Assembly (NCBI GenBank): GCA_963705375.1
Contig: OY970071.1
Location: 60,001 to 92,000 of the forward strand
Length of the DNA: 32,000 nt
Direction: 5' to 3'
Source of the DNA: Candidatus Saccharimonadota bacterium
Lineage (GTDB): Archaea > Micrarchaeota > Micrarchaeia > Micrarchaeales > Micrarchaeaceae
The notes beneath the pieces are model-generated. The model made no database searches and was not told where the DNA came from. It saw nothing but the letters and a program-made list of their open reading frames with translations. The first letter of the stretch is position 1, and each line of letters begins with the position of its first letter. Positions 24,163-32,000 of this stretch are shown piece after piece. Position numbers and translations under genes: made by a program.

Positions 24163-25192
24163 ATCAACAGGTGCTGCTCCTTTTGCAATGGGCTACCGCA
24201 TGCCTGCAGAATGGAGTGCTCACGAGGCTACGTGGCTTTCGTGGCCGAAGGATCCTGTAACTTTCCCTGGAGATTCTGTGAAAAAAGTAGAGCAGACCTA
24301 TGTCCAGATGATGGGTGAGCTACGGCACGGCGAGCGCGTGGATCTGCTTGTTGACAACCAGGAAACTCAAGACGCGGTCTCCAACATGATGGGCCAAAAG
24401 GACAATGTAATGTTCCACAAGATTCGCACCGTTGATGTATGGGTGCGGGACTATGGCCCTATATTCGTCAAAGGAAAGGGCATAGCCGCGACAAAGTGGA
24501 CATTCAACGCATGGGGCGACAAGTACGAGGAGCTCAAATATGACGATACGGCTGGGATGCAGGTTGCCGCTTATACCGGGTTTCAGACTTTCAAGCCAGG
24601 AATAGTGCTGGAGGGTGGCTCCATAGACGTTAACGGCCTTGGGTCTTGCATAACGACAAAACAGTGCCTCCTCAACCCAAACCGCAATCCACAACTCAAG
24701 CAAAAAGACATCGAAATGCTTCTGCGCGATTATCTTGGGATAACGCACGTGATCTGGCTCGAAAAGGGTGTGGCTGGCGATGACACTGATGGGCACGTCG
24801 ATGACATCGCTAGATTCGTGAATCCAAACACGGTGGTCTGCATGGTCGAGAAGGATGAGCGCGACGAAAATTATGAGGTGCTGAAGTCCAACTTCGAGCA
24901 GCTGTCCGCATCAATGGACCAGTCAGGAAGCAGGCTTAACGTGATTCCGATACAGATGCCTGGCAAGGTGAGCCTCGAAGATACGAGGTTGCCTGCAAGC
25001 TACGCAAACTTTTACATAGCGAATTCAGTTGTTCTTGTCCCTGTTTTTAACGATCCGAACGACCGTCAGGCACTAGAAACTCTGCGCCATGCATTCCCTC
25101 ATAAAAAAGTTGTGGGTGTCGACTGCAGGGCATTGGTCCAAGGACTTGGAACGATCCATTGTGTGACCCAACAGCAGCCTGCGCCTGAATAA
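24143..25192 (+). CDS. aguA: Agmatine deiminase
   Basis: 349 aa. YRMPAEWSAHEATWLSWP, VWVRDYGPIFV, FNAWG, EGGSIDVNG, TDGHVDDIARFV, GTIHCVTQQQP (catalytic Cys). Confidence 0.92.
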   Translation: MATSPAKSTGAAPFAMGYRMPAEWSAHEATWLSWPKDPVTFPGDSVKKVEQTYVQMMGELRHGERVDLLVDNQETQDAVSNMMGQKDNVMFHKIRTVDVWVRDYGPIFVKGKGIAATKWTFNAWGDKYEELKYDDTAGMQVAAYTGFQTFKPGIVLEGGSIDVNGLGSCITTKQCLLNPNRNPQLKQKDIEMLLRDYLGITHVIWLEKGVAGDDTDGHVDDIARFVNPNTVVCMVEKDERDENYEVLKSNFEQLSASMDQSGSRLNVIPIQMPGKVSLEDTRLPASYANFYIANSVVLVPVFNDPNDRQALETLRHAFPHKKVVGVDCRALVQGLGTIHCVTQQQPAPE

Positions 25193-25200
25193 GAATCCGA

Positions 25201-26289
25201 TCATTGCAGCGCGTCAAGCAGTTCTGCGAGCTCGCCAGTTATCACGTGCTGAACCTTGGAAAGCTCTTTTATGCTCTTGCATCCGGTCAGGAACATTGTA
25301 ACCTTCAACCCGTAGATCATTATCTCAAGCTTCTCCTTGACCTTGTCGCTGGATATCATTGCTGGCTTGAGCAATGGCATCGCAGACGCGCACAAGGTCG
25401 AGCCTAGGGCTATGGCCTTCGCTATGTCCTGCCCGTTCCTTATGCCTCCTGACGCCACTACTGGTATTTTCACTGATCTCTTGACAAGCGCTACCGCCAA
25501 TGCAGTCGGTATTCCCCAGTCCCAGAACAGCTCTCCGATTTCTGTTTTCAAGCGCATCTTCTGATCCAGTGCTCGATAGTATTCAACTGCTGCGTAGCTG
25601 GTGCCTCCCGCTCCCGCAACTTCTACTGCCTTGACTCCTATGTGCTCCAGCTCTCTTGCGGTCTTGCCTGATATTCCGCACCCAACCTCTTTCACTACTA
25701 CTGGTTTCTTCACAGTCTTTACGACTTCCCTTATTCTTGAAATTACGTTCTTGAAGTTCGGTTCGCCCTCCGGCTGTACGATCTCCTGCAAAGGATTAAG
25801 GTGAAGGTAGAATGCATCTGCATCGAGCATGCTCATGATTTGTTTAAACTCTTCGCTGCCGAGCCCCTTGGACAGCTGAGCCCCTCCTACGTTAGATCCG
25901 ATGAAAGCGTTGGGCGCATTTTCCCTTACTATCGCATACGTTTCCTCAAGCGTTTTGTTGTAAAGGCTTGCCCGCTGACTTCCAACGACCATTCCGAGCC
26001 CAAGTTCCTCTACTGCCATTGCTATGTTCTCGTTCACGATCTTTGCAAGCGGTGCACCTCCTGTCATGGCCCCTACCATCAGCGGGGCCGAAAATTTATG
26101 GCCAAGGAAGGTTGTGGCTGTGTCTATCTCTTCAAAGTTCATTTCCGGCAGCGCCTCATTCAAAAAACGGACGCATTCGAACAGTGTGCTTGTCTCTCTC
26201 GCATGTACTGGCTTGTTGATGCTTATGTTTATGTGCTCTTCTTTTCTCCGTACGATTTCCTTTATCTTTTCCTGTATGTCTGCGTTCAA
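25201..26289 (-). CDS. fni: Type 2 isopentenyl-diphosphate delta-isomerase (FMN-dependent)
   Basis: 362 aa. RKEEHINI, VGAMTGG, VVGSQR, VVVKEVGCGIS, VAGAGGTSYAAVE, ASGGIRNGQDIAKAIALG. Confidence 0.92.
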   Translation of the reverse strand: MNADIQEKIKEIVRRKEEHINISINKPVHARETSTLFECVRFLNEALPEMNFEEIDTATTFLGHKFSAPLMVGAMTGGAPLAKIVNENIAMAVEELGLGMVVGSQRASLYNKTLEETYAIVRENAPNAFIGSNVGGAQLSKGLGSEEFKQIMSMLDADAFYLHLNPLQEIVQPEGEPNFKNVISRIREVVKTVKKPVVVKEVGCGISGKTARELEHIGVKAVEVAGAGGTSYAAVEYYRALDQKMRLKTEIGELFWDWGIPTALAVALVKRSVKIPVVASGGIRNGQDIAKAIALGSTLCASAMPLLKPAMISSDKVKEKLEIMIYGLKVTMFLTGCKSIKELSKVQHVITGELAELLDALQ

Positions 26290-26419
26290 GAAATTACCGC
26301 TTATTAATCCATAGTTGTGTATTTATATTTTTGGTAATCCTGCCTGTCTTTAAGTAGGCAGCAAATGCAGGCACCTATCCTTATTCTTATTTTTGAGTTT
26401 GTTTTCTTCACTATGGTTG

Positions 26420-27244
26420 CTAGCGCGTCGTATTCGTCTCGGCGTCTCGCGCCAATACTTGCTCTTTCTCAAGATATTTTAGGAGTTTTGCCATCCGCGT
26501 TTCTCGAATAACGACATGATTCGTATCCAGAATATCCTTTATTTCTTCTTTGCCGAGTCTTATTCTTCCATCCTGCTCCAATCTGTCGTAGATGTCCTTG
26601 AATACTGGAAGCTCCTTTGGATACACTTTTCTCGATATCAGGTACATGAAACGCTCTTTGTTAATCGAAAAAACATATTCCGATGAATATGCATGTCGCC
26701 CTTTTCTGTGTGCTTCCTCTGAGAGTTTCTCCTTGAAACTTTCAGGCGGCAGGCCCAGAAGATGAGTCTTAGTAAATTTGGAAAGATCCACCTTCTGCTC
26801 TTTTAGGAATTCGATGTTGGCAGACACCCTGTTTGGGTTGGAATACAATGCCGTTATAGTTATCTGCATATTCTCTGTCTCCAATGTGTTTTTGTTGGTT
26901 TCGATGGCATTCAGCGGTGCTTTAAGTGCTGTGAGTGATAGTTGCATCCCCATCGATTTGAATATCTCTATCTTCTTGTTCAGGATTTGTGTATCCTGAT
27001 TCAATACGTGCAGCTCCATTTCGGTGTATTTGTCTCTGAAACGAAATCCGTGTTCCTCCAGCGTCTTCTTGTTTTTTGCACGTCGGATAGACTGCCTGCT
27101 CTGCCCTTCGCTGTCGTCCCTCTTGAGGTCTTTTATCGACGATGTCGCAGGTCTGTTGCCCATCCATTCTGCCGCTAGCTCATGTGCAATGCTCTTGTCG
27201 TTATTTTGCTTATTTGCGTTTTTTTCGACCGTCTTGTCCATCAC
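26420..27244 (-). CDS. Hypothetical 274-aa protein, basic and helical
   Basis: Intact ORF with coding-like composition, divergent from the ABC operon. No motif I can assign with confidence. Confidence 0.6.
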   Translation of the reverse strand: MMDKTVEKNANKQNNDKSIAHELAAEWMGNRPATSSIKDLKRDDSEGQSRQSIRRAKNKKTLEEHGFRFRDKYTEMELHVLNQDTQILNKKIEIFKSMGMQLSLTALKAPLNAIETNKNTLETENMQITITALYSNPNRVSANIEFLKEQKVDLSKFTKTHLLGLPPESFKEKLSEEAHRKGRHAYSSEYVFSINKERFMYLISRKVYPKELPVFKDIYDRLEQDGRIRLGKEEIKDILDTNHVVIRETRMAKLLKYLEKEQVLARDAETNTTR

Positions 27245-27372
27245 CTACATATTGTCCTGCTGGAATATAAAAGAGTTGTTTCTGTGCCGTTACTGCAGAT
27301 AAAAAGCGATTGATCTCTCATGCACACAACCTTCTTATAGTTTCGTCTGGTTCCTATTCATCAAGGAGCTTA

Positions 27373-28350
27373 ATGGAAAATATAATTCGCGTCGAAAAAC
27401 TTAGGAAGACTTTCCTGACCAAGCACAAAGAGCCAGGTCTATCCGGAAGCTTAAGGTCGGTGATCTCTCCGAAGTTCACGGAATACTCTGCAGTAAATGG
27501 CATAAGCTTCGATGTGAAGAAGGGCGATGTCCTTGGCTTCCTTGGGCCTAATGGTGCAGGAAAGAGCACCACCATAAAAATGCTTGTCGGAATACTGTTT
27601 CCGACATCTGGAAATGTGGATGTGCTGGGATACGTGCCATGGAAACAGAGGAGAAAGCTCGCATACAAGATAGGCACTGTCTTCGGGCAGAAGCCGCAAC
27701 TCTGGTACCATCTTCCTGCCATTGACACCTTCAATCTCATGTCGAAGATATACGAGCTTGAAGATGGCGCATACAGGCGGCGCCTCAAGTACCTTGTCGA
27801 TCTTTTTGAGATCGACTATCTGGACATTCCAGTTCGCAGGCTATCTTTAGGTCAGCGCATGCGCGCAGAGATAGTCGCATCGCTACTGCACGAGCCTGAG
27901 CTGCTGCTTCTTGATGAGCCGACGATAGGCCTTGACATAATAGCAAAGCAGAAGATACGTGAACTGATACGGGAACTGAACAGGGATGATGATGTGACCG
28001 TCTTCCTGACATCGCACGACATGGATGATGTGGAGAAGCTGTGCAACAGGGCCATAATCATAAATCATGGCTCGATCGTGCTAGATGATACGCTAGAAAG
28101 CATGAAACACAGATACGTGCAGAGCAAGCGCATAGACGTAAAGCTGAACGAGGTTCCGAAACGTTTCGCATTTCCAGGGGCAACGCTAGTGAAACGCAGT
28201 CCATATGCTCTCAGCATAGAACTTGATAATAGAAAGGGCAACATAAGCGAGCTCATAGACTACCTTACGCACAGCTTCAAGATCGCAGACATAAACATAG
28301 CAGATCCTCCCATCGAGGAGATAATCGCTAACATATACCGCAAGAAGTGA
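27373..28350 (+). CDS. ABC transporter ATP-binding protein (ABC-2 type, uncharacterised-transport-system ATPase)
   Basis: Walker A GPNGAGKST, Q-loop, signature LSLGQRMR, Walker B LLLLDEPTIGLD, H-loop TSHDM. ATG 27373 is preceded by AAGGAG. The track ORF starts at 27310. Confidence 0.92.
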   Translation: MENIIRVEKLRKTFLTKHKEPGLSGSLRSVISPKFTEYSAVNGISFDVKKGDVLGFLGPNGAGKSTTIKMLVGILFPTSGNVDVLGYVPWKQRRKLAYKIGTVFGQKPQLWYHLPAIDTFNLMSKIYELEDGAYRRRLKYLVDLFEIDYLDIPVRRLSLGQRMRAEIVASLLHEPELLLLDEPTIGLDIIAKQKIRELIRELNRDDDVTVFLTSHDMDDVEKLCNRAIIINHGSIVLDDTLESMKHRYVQSKRIDVKLNEVPKRFAFPGATLVKRSPYALSIELDNRKGNISELIDYLTHSFKIADINIADPPIEEIIANIYRKK

Positions 28351-28354
28351 GTAT

Positions 28355-29155
28355 GTGTCGTGGACAAAATACCTCTCGATTGCAAAGCTTGAGATGTCGA
28401 ACAACCTGACCTATGCGGGCGATGTCGTTGCCAGGGGCATTTTCATAGCAGCCATTCTTTTCATCTTCTATAACCTGTGGAGCACAATATACCGCAGTTC
28501 CGCTTCCACCGTGCTGTCAGGCTTTACTCTTTCTGGCATATTGTGGTACCTTGTCCTGTCAGAATCCGTTGTGGCTGGCGGCAGGGGCAGGAGCATGGCG
28601 TTCTTCCTTTCAGACGACATCAAGTCAGGCAACATAGCGCAGGTGCTGAACAAGCCATACGATTTTGTCGCATTCTATTTTGCGTCAAATATAGGAAATT
28701 CGATCTTCATAATGCTCATGTCTTTCATGATAAGCGGCGCGATGATATATGCGCTGGTAGGTGCGCCCCACCTCAGCATCGCAGAGCTTCCGTTTGTGGC
28801 GCTGTCTATATTTCTTGCTCTTGTGCTCCAGTTCTTTCTTTACTTCTCAATCGGTTTGTGTGCGTTCTGGTTTGAGGATGTCTCCGCATTCAGGTGGATA
28901 ACCGAGAAGCTGGTCTTCGTTCTTGGAGGCATGCTCATACCCCTGAACTTCTTCCCGAAGATATTCCAGACCATAGCGAGCATTCTGCCCTACAGCTACA
29001 TGTCTTACGCGCCGGCATACCTGTTTGTCAATTTCAGCCTAAGCGGTGCCATATCTTCGATGCTGGTGCAGCTAGTATGGGTGATCCTGCTTGTGGCCTG
29101 TGCTTTCGGTCTTTACGGTCTGGGTGCCAAAAAGGTGTCTATAAATGGCGGTTAA
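28355..29155 (+). CDS. ABC-2 family permease subunit 1
   Basis: 266 aa with multiple hydrophobic helices. GTG start 4 nt after the ATPase stop. Typical second gene of the three-gene uncharacterised ABC-2 system. Confidence 0.8.
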   Translation: MSWTKYLSIAKLEMSNNLTYAGDVVARGIFIAAILFIFYNLWSTIYRSSASTVLSGFTLSGILWYLVLSESVVAGGRGRSMAFFLSDDIKSGNIAQVLNKPYDFVAFYFASNIGNSIFIMLMSFMISGAMIYALVGAPHLSIAELPFVALSIFLALVLQFFLYFSIGLCAFWFEDVSAFRWITEKLVFVLGGMLIPLNFFPKIFQTIASILPYSYMSYAPAYLFVNFSLSGAISSMLVQLVWVILLVACAFGLYGLGAKKVSINGG

Positions 29156-29948
29156 TCATAAGAAACACGGCCTGACTGGGTTCCTCTTTGCCACGTTCAA
29201 GCTGAACATACAGTCTGCGATGGAATACCGGGCCAACTTTCTGACCCAGGTTGTTGGCATGTTCATCAACGACATAGCCTTCCTTATATTCTGGATGATA
29301 GTGTACAACAGATTTCATTCGATCAACGGCTGGAACCTTAACGACGTCATGATGATGCAAGCAATAGTTACGATAGGTTTCGGGATTGCGTCGTTCTTTG
29401 CCGGCAACTGGGAGAGTATTGCCGACGTGATATCGAAAGGCGGCCTGGACTACTACCTTGTACTGCCTAAACCTGTACTGTTGCACCTGCTTGTAACAAG
29501 AAGCCAGCTCTCGGGAATCGGCGATGCTCTTTTCGGTGCTGTGATCGCTATTTATCTGTTTCACAACGCCGTAGCTTTGGTCCCATTGTTCTTGCTATTG
29601 ACGCTGATGTCCGGAACAATTCTGGTGAGCTTTGGAATTGCCATCGGCTCACTGACTTTCTTCATCGGGGGTCGCGGTGACCTACAGACCACACTTATCA
29701 ATGCGGTGGTTACCTTCTCAACGTATCCGCTTGGAATATTCGGCGGGTTTGCGAGGCTAATGCTGCTCACAGTGATACCTGTCGGATTTATCACAGGAAT
29801 ACCTGTTATTATACTCAAGAGCTTTAGCGGGACCTATCTGCTGTACATGATCGTAGCCACTCTCGTGTCGGTTCTTGCAGCATACTCCTTGTTTAAGCTC
29901 GGGCTCAGACATTATGAATCAGGCAACGCGATAAACGTACAAATATAG
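29145..29948 (+). CDS. ABC-2 family permease subunit 2
   Basis: 267 aa, polytopic. Overlaps the preceding permease by 11 nt. Confidence 0.8.
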   Translation: MAVNHKKHGLTGFLFATFKLNIQSAMEYRANFLTQVVGMFINDIAFLIFWMIVYNRFHSINGWNLNDVMMMQAIVTIGFGIASFFAGNWESIADVISKGGLDYYLVLPKPVLLHLLVTRSQLSGIGDALFGAVIAIYLFHNAVALVPLFLLLTLMSGTILVSFGIAIGSLTFFIGGRGDLQTTLINAVVTFSTYPLGIFGGFARLMLLTVIPVGFITGIPVIILKSFSGTYLLYMIVATLVSVLAAYSLFKLGLRHYESGNAINVQI

Positions 29949-30065
29949 GCACTCCTCCAAATACCTGGGGTGGAATTATAGTCAACAAGCGGCGCTTCGT
30001 ATGCAAAACGCGCAATCTAGAGGTGCAATGGTTATAAGTTTTTCATTTCAATACTACATGATTCG

Positions 30066-31919
30066 ATGTCTATGAAACAATACGCAGTGCTGCTCACAGT
30101 CGCGCTGGCGATAGTGGCTGCAGGTCTCTTGATCCTCTCTGATACGCTGCATACTGCAACATTCATTGTTCAACTTACTGATCCGCCGATAGTCCCTACA
30201 GGCACACAGGCATTGCTTGTGGCGTATTCCGGCGTGGCGCTGCACACGGCAGGTGCTTCGAACTCGACAGGCTTCGTAAGCGTCCCTGCTTCTGGAGTTC
30301 TTAACTTGATGAGCCTGACCAACATAACGCAGACAATTGCGATCCTGCACACAAAGATCAATGCGAGCTTCGACAGTGTGCGGCTTAACCTGACAAACGC
30401 CAGCATCACAATAAGCAACGAAACCTATAACGTGACGCTACTCCAAAAAACCTTGCGGGTGCGGCTGCTCAACAGGACCAATAGCAGCACAGGTGGGGCT
30501 GTTGTCGACCTGACCCCTACGATAATACAGATCTACACTGGCAACCAAACTCTGTTTGCTATGGCTCCATCCGTTAGGGCCGTTGCGATAGGTAAGGGCC
30601 TGGTAAACGGGACGTCTGCGCGTATAGGCGCATCACAAAAGATCAGGAACGAAACCCTTGCCTTGATAGAGATGATAAGGCCCAATATAACAGTGACTGG
30701 CGCTTACCTGAATGTCGCTGGCAACACAACACAATTCAATGTCACAGTTAGAAACAACGTAGGAAAGCCTGTAGAGCTTAATCACTTGGTCCTCTCCGGG
30801 GCATTCGAGGCTCTGCTCAACTCAAGCGCATTAGACACAATCAACACTAGCGCCGTAGCTAGCGGCATAAATGCGGAGGATGTTGCAAGCGTTGCGCATG
30901 CGATAGGCGTCCAGAGCATAACAGCAAATACTCTCAAAGAGATACGTGCCGAGATGGGCGGTGGTGCTTCTGGCGGTGCGTCTCCGGCTGTTACATCTAC
31001 TGTGCCTAAGATTGCACCTGCCATATCAATTGTGTCTGCAGTAGTGTCTGCCTACAACAACCATACATCTACATACGCAAATTCTAGGTTGTCCGCAACT
31101 GTAAACGCGATAGAGACTGAACTTCTGAATGCTACGGCATCAGGCGCACAGCAGACAATAGTTGGCTCTACCAGTTCGATCATCGGATCCAACATACTGT
31201 CGAACTCTGGAGGGATGAGTATTGCCTCCCAAGATGCACAGCACCTGCTCGGGACCGTTTCTGCAATAAGTACCCTGCTGGAAAACAGAAGCACGAACCT
31301 AACAGCATCTAACGCGCAGCAGATACTTGGCGCCATAGAGAACATAGGCACCATCTCGGCTGCAATGGCGACTAACGCCACGCAGGTCGAGAAGATCAGC
31401 GTTTTCGACACGATACTAAACATGACTGCGAACCCCGACGTCAGCGATAGCCAGCTGGCCGAGGTAACGGGCAGGCTCGCAAATATTACGGCACAAGTGC
31501 ACCTAACAAACACCACTCAGGCGTTGGCAATCGCAAGCAACCTCAACCTTACGCCGAGCGAGGCATCTACGACTGCACGGCTGCTTGTGCTCCATAACGA
31601 GCTTGCAGCGACAAGCATTTTCAGCAGAGAATATCATGGAGCGCTCAACTTCATCATAGCCGAGAACGGCACACTTTCATTGCCGTTCATGGTGCGGGCT
31701 GAGGGGCAGAAAGGCTATGCGCTTGCTGTCAATTCAAGTGTGACATTTGTGTTCAACGGCACGATGGCTTTTGGAACCCAGGCATCCGCCGCGCTTTCCA
31801 CAGAGCATCGGCCGATGCACCTTGGCACTACGGTGAGACCGATACCGAACGCCACATATGTGGTCAGAGTCACCGGAACGGATGGTGCGCTTGCTAGGAT
31901 GAATGTGACTGCAAGCTGA
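30066..31919 (+). CDS. Membrane-anchored, sequon-rich surface glycoprotein with an N-terminal DUF4382-like domain
   Basis: 617 aa. N-terminal signal/anchor AVLLTVALAIVAAGLLIL. FIVQLTDPP...ALLVAYSGVALH...SGVLNLMSL...FDSVRLNLTNASI resembles DUF4382. By my own count it has ~31 N-x-S/T sequons. TATA-like GGTTATAAGTTTTT ~30 nt upstream. Confidence 0.8.
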   Translation: MSMKQYAVLLTVALAIVAAGLLILSDTLHTATFIVQLTDPPIVPTGTQALLVAYSGVALHTAGASNSTGFVSVPASGVLNLMSLTNITQTIAILHTKINASFDSVRLNLTNASITISNETYNVTLLQKTLRVRLLNRTNSSTGGAVVDLTPTIIQIYTGNQTLFAMAPSVRAVAIGKGLVNGTSARIGASQKIRNETLALIEMIRPNITVTGAYLNVAGNTTQFNVTVRNNVGKPVELNHLVLSGAFEALLNSSALDTINTSAVASGINAEDVASVAHAIGVQSITANTLKEIRAEMGGGASGGASPAVTSTVPKIAPAISIVSAVVSAYNNHTSTYANSRLSATVNAIETELLNATASGAQQTIVGSTSSIIGSNILSNSGGMSIASQDAQHLLGTVSAISTLLENRSTNLTASNAQQILGAIENIGTISAAMATNATQVEKISVFDTILNMTANPDVSDSQLAEVTGRLANITAQVHLTNTTQALAIASNLNLTPSEASTTARLLVLHNELAATSIFSREYHGALNFIIAENGTLSLPFMVRAEGQKGYALAVNSSVTFVFNGTMAFGTQASAALSTEHRPMHLGTTVRPIPNATYVVRVTGTDGALARMNVTAS

Positions 31920-32000
31920 GGCCTTACGGCGCGGGCGCTGTGCTTCCAAATCTTCCGACGCGCGCCAGCACTATCTGCTGCTTGCAAGCCCTTTAAGCAG

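Noticed and set aside
23559-24260. Track ORFs 23559..23870, 23692..24012 and 24030..24260 treated as separate small genes
   Set aside because: Each carries a consecutive segment of one carbon-nitrogen hydrolase. They are fragments of the frameshifted aguB-like gene, not independent genes.
25801-26307. 168-aa and other plus-strand ORFs (25204, 25337, 25601, 25968, 26024) inside the IDI-2 gene
   Set aside because: All are antisense to a gene with an unambiguous type-2 IPP isomerase signature.
30782-31516. Minus-strand ORFs (80 aa, 154 aa) inside the glycoprotein gene
   Set aside because: They are shadow ORFs of an Ala/Ser/Thr-rich gene, where GCN/ACN codons leave the antisense frames open.
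1-32000. Search for CRISPR arrays, rRNA genes and long tandem repeats
   Set aside because: No regularly spaced direct repeats of 24-40 nt, no rRNA-like conserved blocks and no long tandem repeats were seen by eye. The only notable short repeats are the 12-mer at 7391/7577, the IS termini and target duplication, and the tRNA 3'-end copy.

Overview
The window looks archaeal. It carries an archaeal-type replication factor C small subunit, deoxyhypusine synthase and type-2 IPP isomerase, has A/T-rich TATA-like boxes about 25-40 nt upstream of many starts, and encodes surface proteins dense in N-glycosylation sequons. I cannot assign a lineage by eye. About 40 protein genes are supported. Housekeeping genes include an HD phosphohydrolase, an MBL-fold hydrolase, trxB, a MEMO-like protein, rfcS, a nitroreductase, DUF523, a spermidine-synthase-like methyltransferase, deoxyhypusine synthase, agmatine deiminase and IDI-2. 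They are interleaved with accessory material: a tRNA-Pro(UGG)-like gene followed by a ~4.9 kb islet that ends at a partial copy of the tRNA 3' end; a HicB/HicA pair; a solo IS200-type tnpA with both subterminal hairpins; and a complete two-ORF DDE insertion sequence with 15-bp terminal inverted repeats and a perfect 12-bp target duplication. Most interesting observations: (1) two tandem stand-alone paralogs (20220-21996) whose motif order matches the phospho-Ser/Thr lyase domain of class III/IV lanthipeptide synthetases and OspF/HopA1 effectors, with no fused kinase or cyclase; (2) inside the islet, a stop/start-linked chain of two small ORFs that share an identical 12-nt start region, then a stand-alone RAM domain and an HprK-like P-loop protein, with a Nudix gene next on the same strand, divergent from a tandem double-Lrp-like regulator; (3) an N-carbamoylputrescine-amidase (aguB-like) gene broken by six single-base insertions, all shifting the frame in the same direction, but otherwise undamaged and sitting between intact dys and aguA; (4) a SHOCT-TM-subtilase-like surface protein; (5) an ABC-2 transporter next to a DUF4382-like glycoprotein. 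No rRNA genes or CRISPR arrays were seen. All family assignments come from motif recognition by eye, not database searches.
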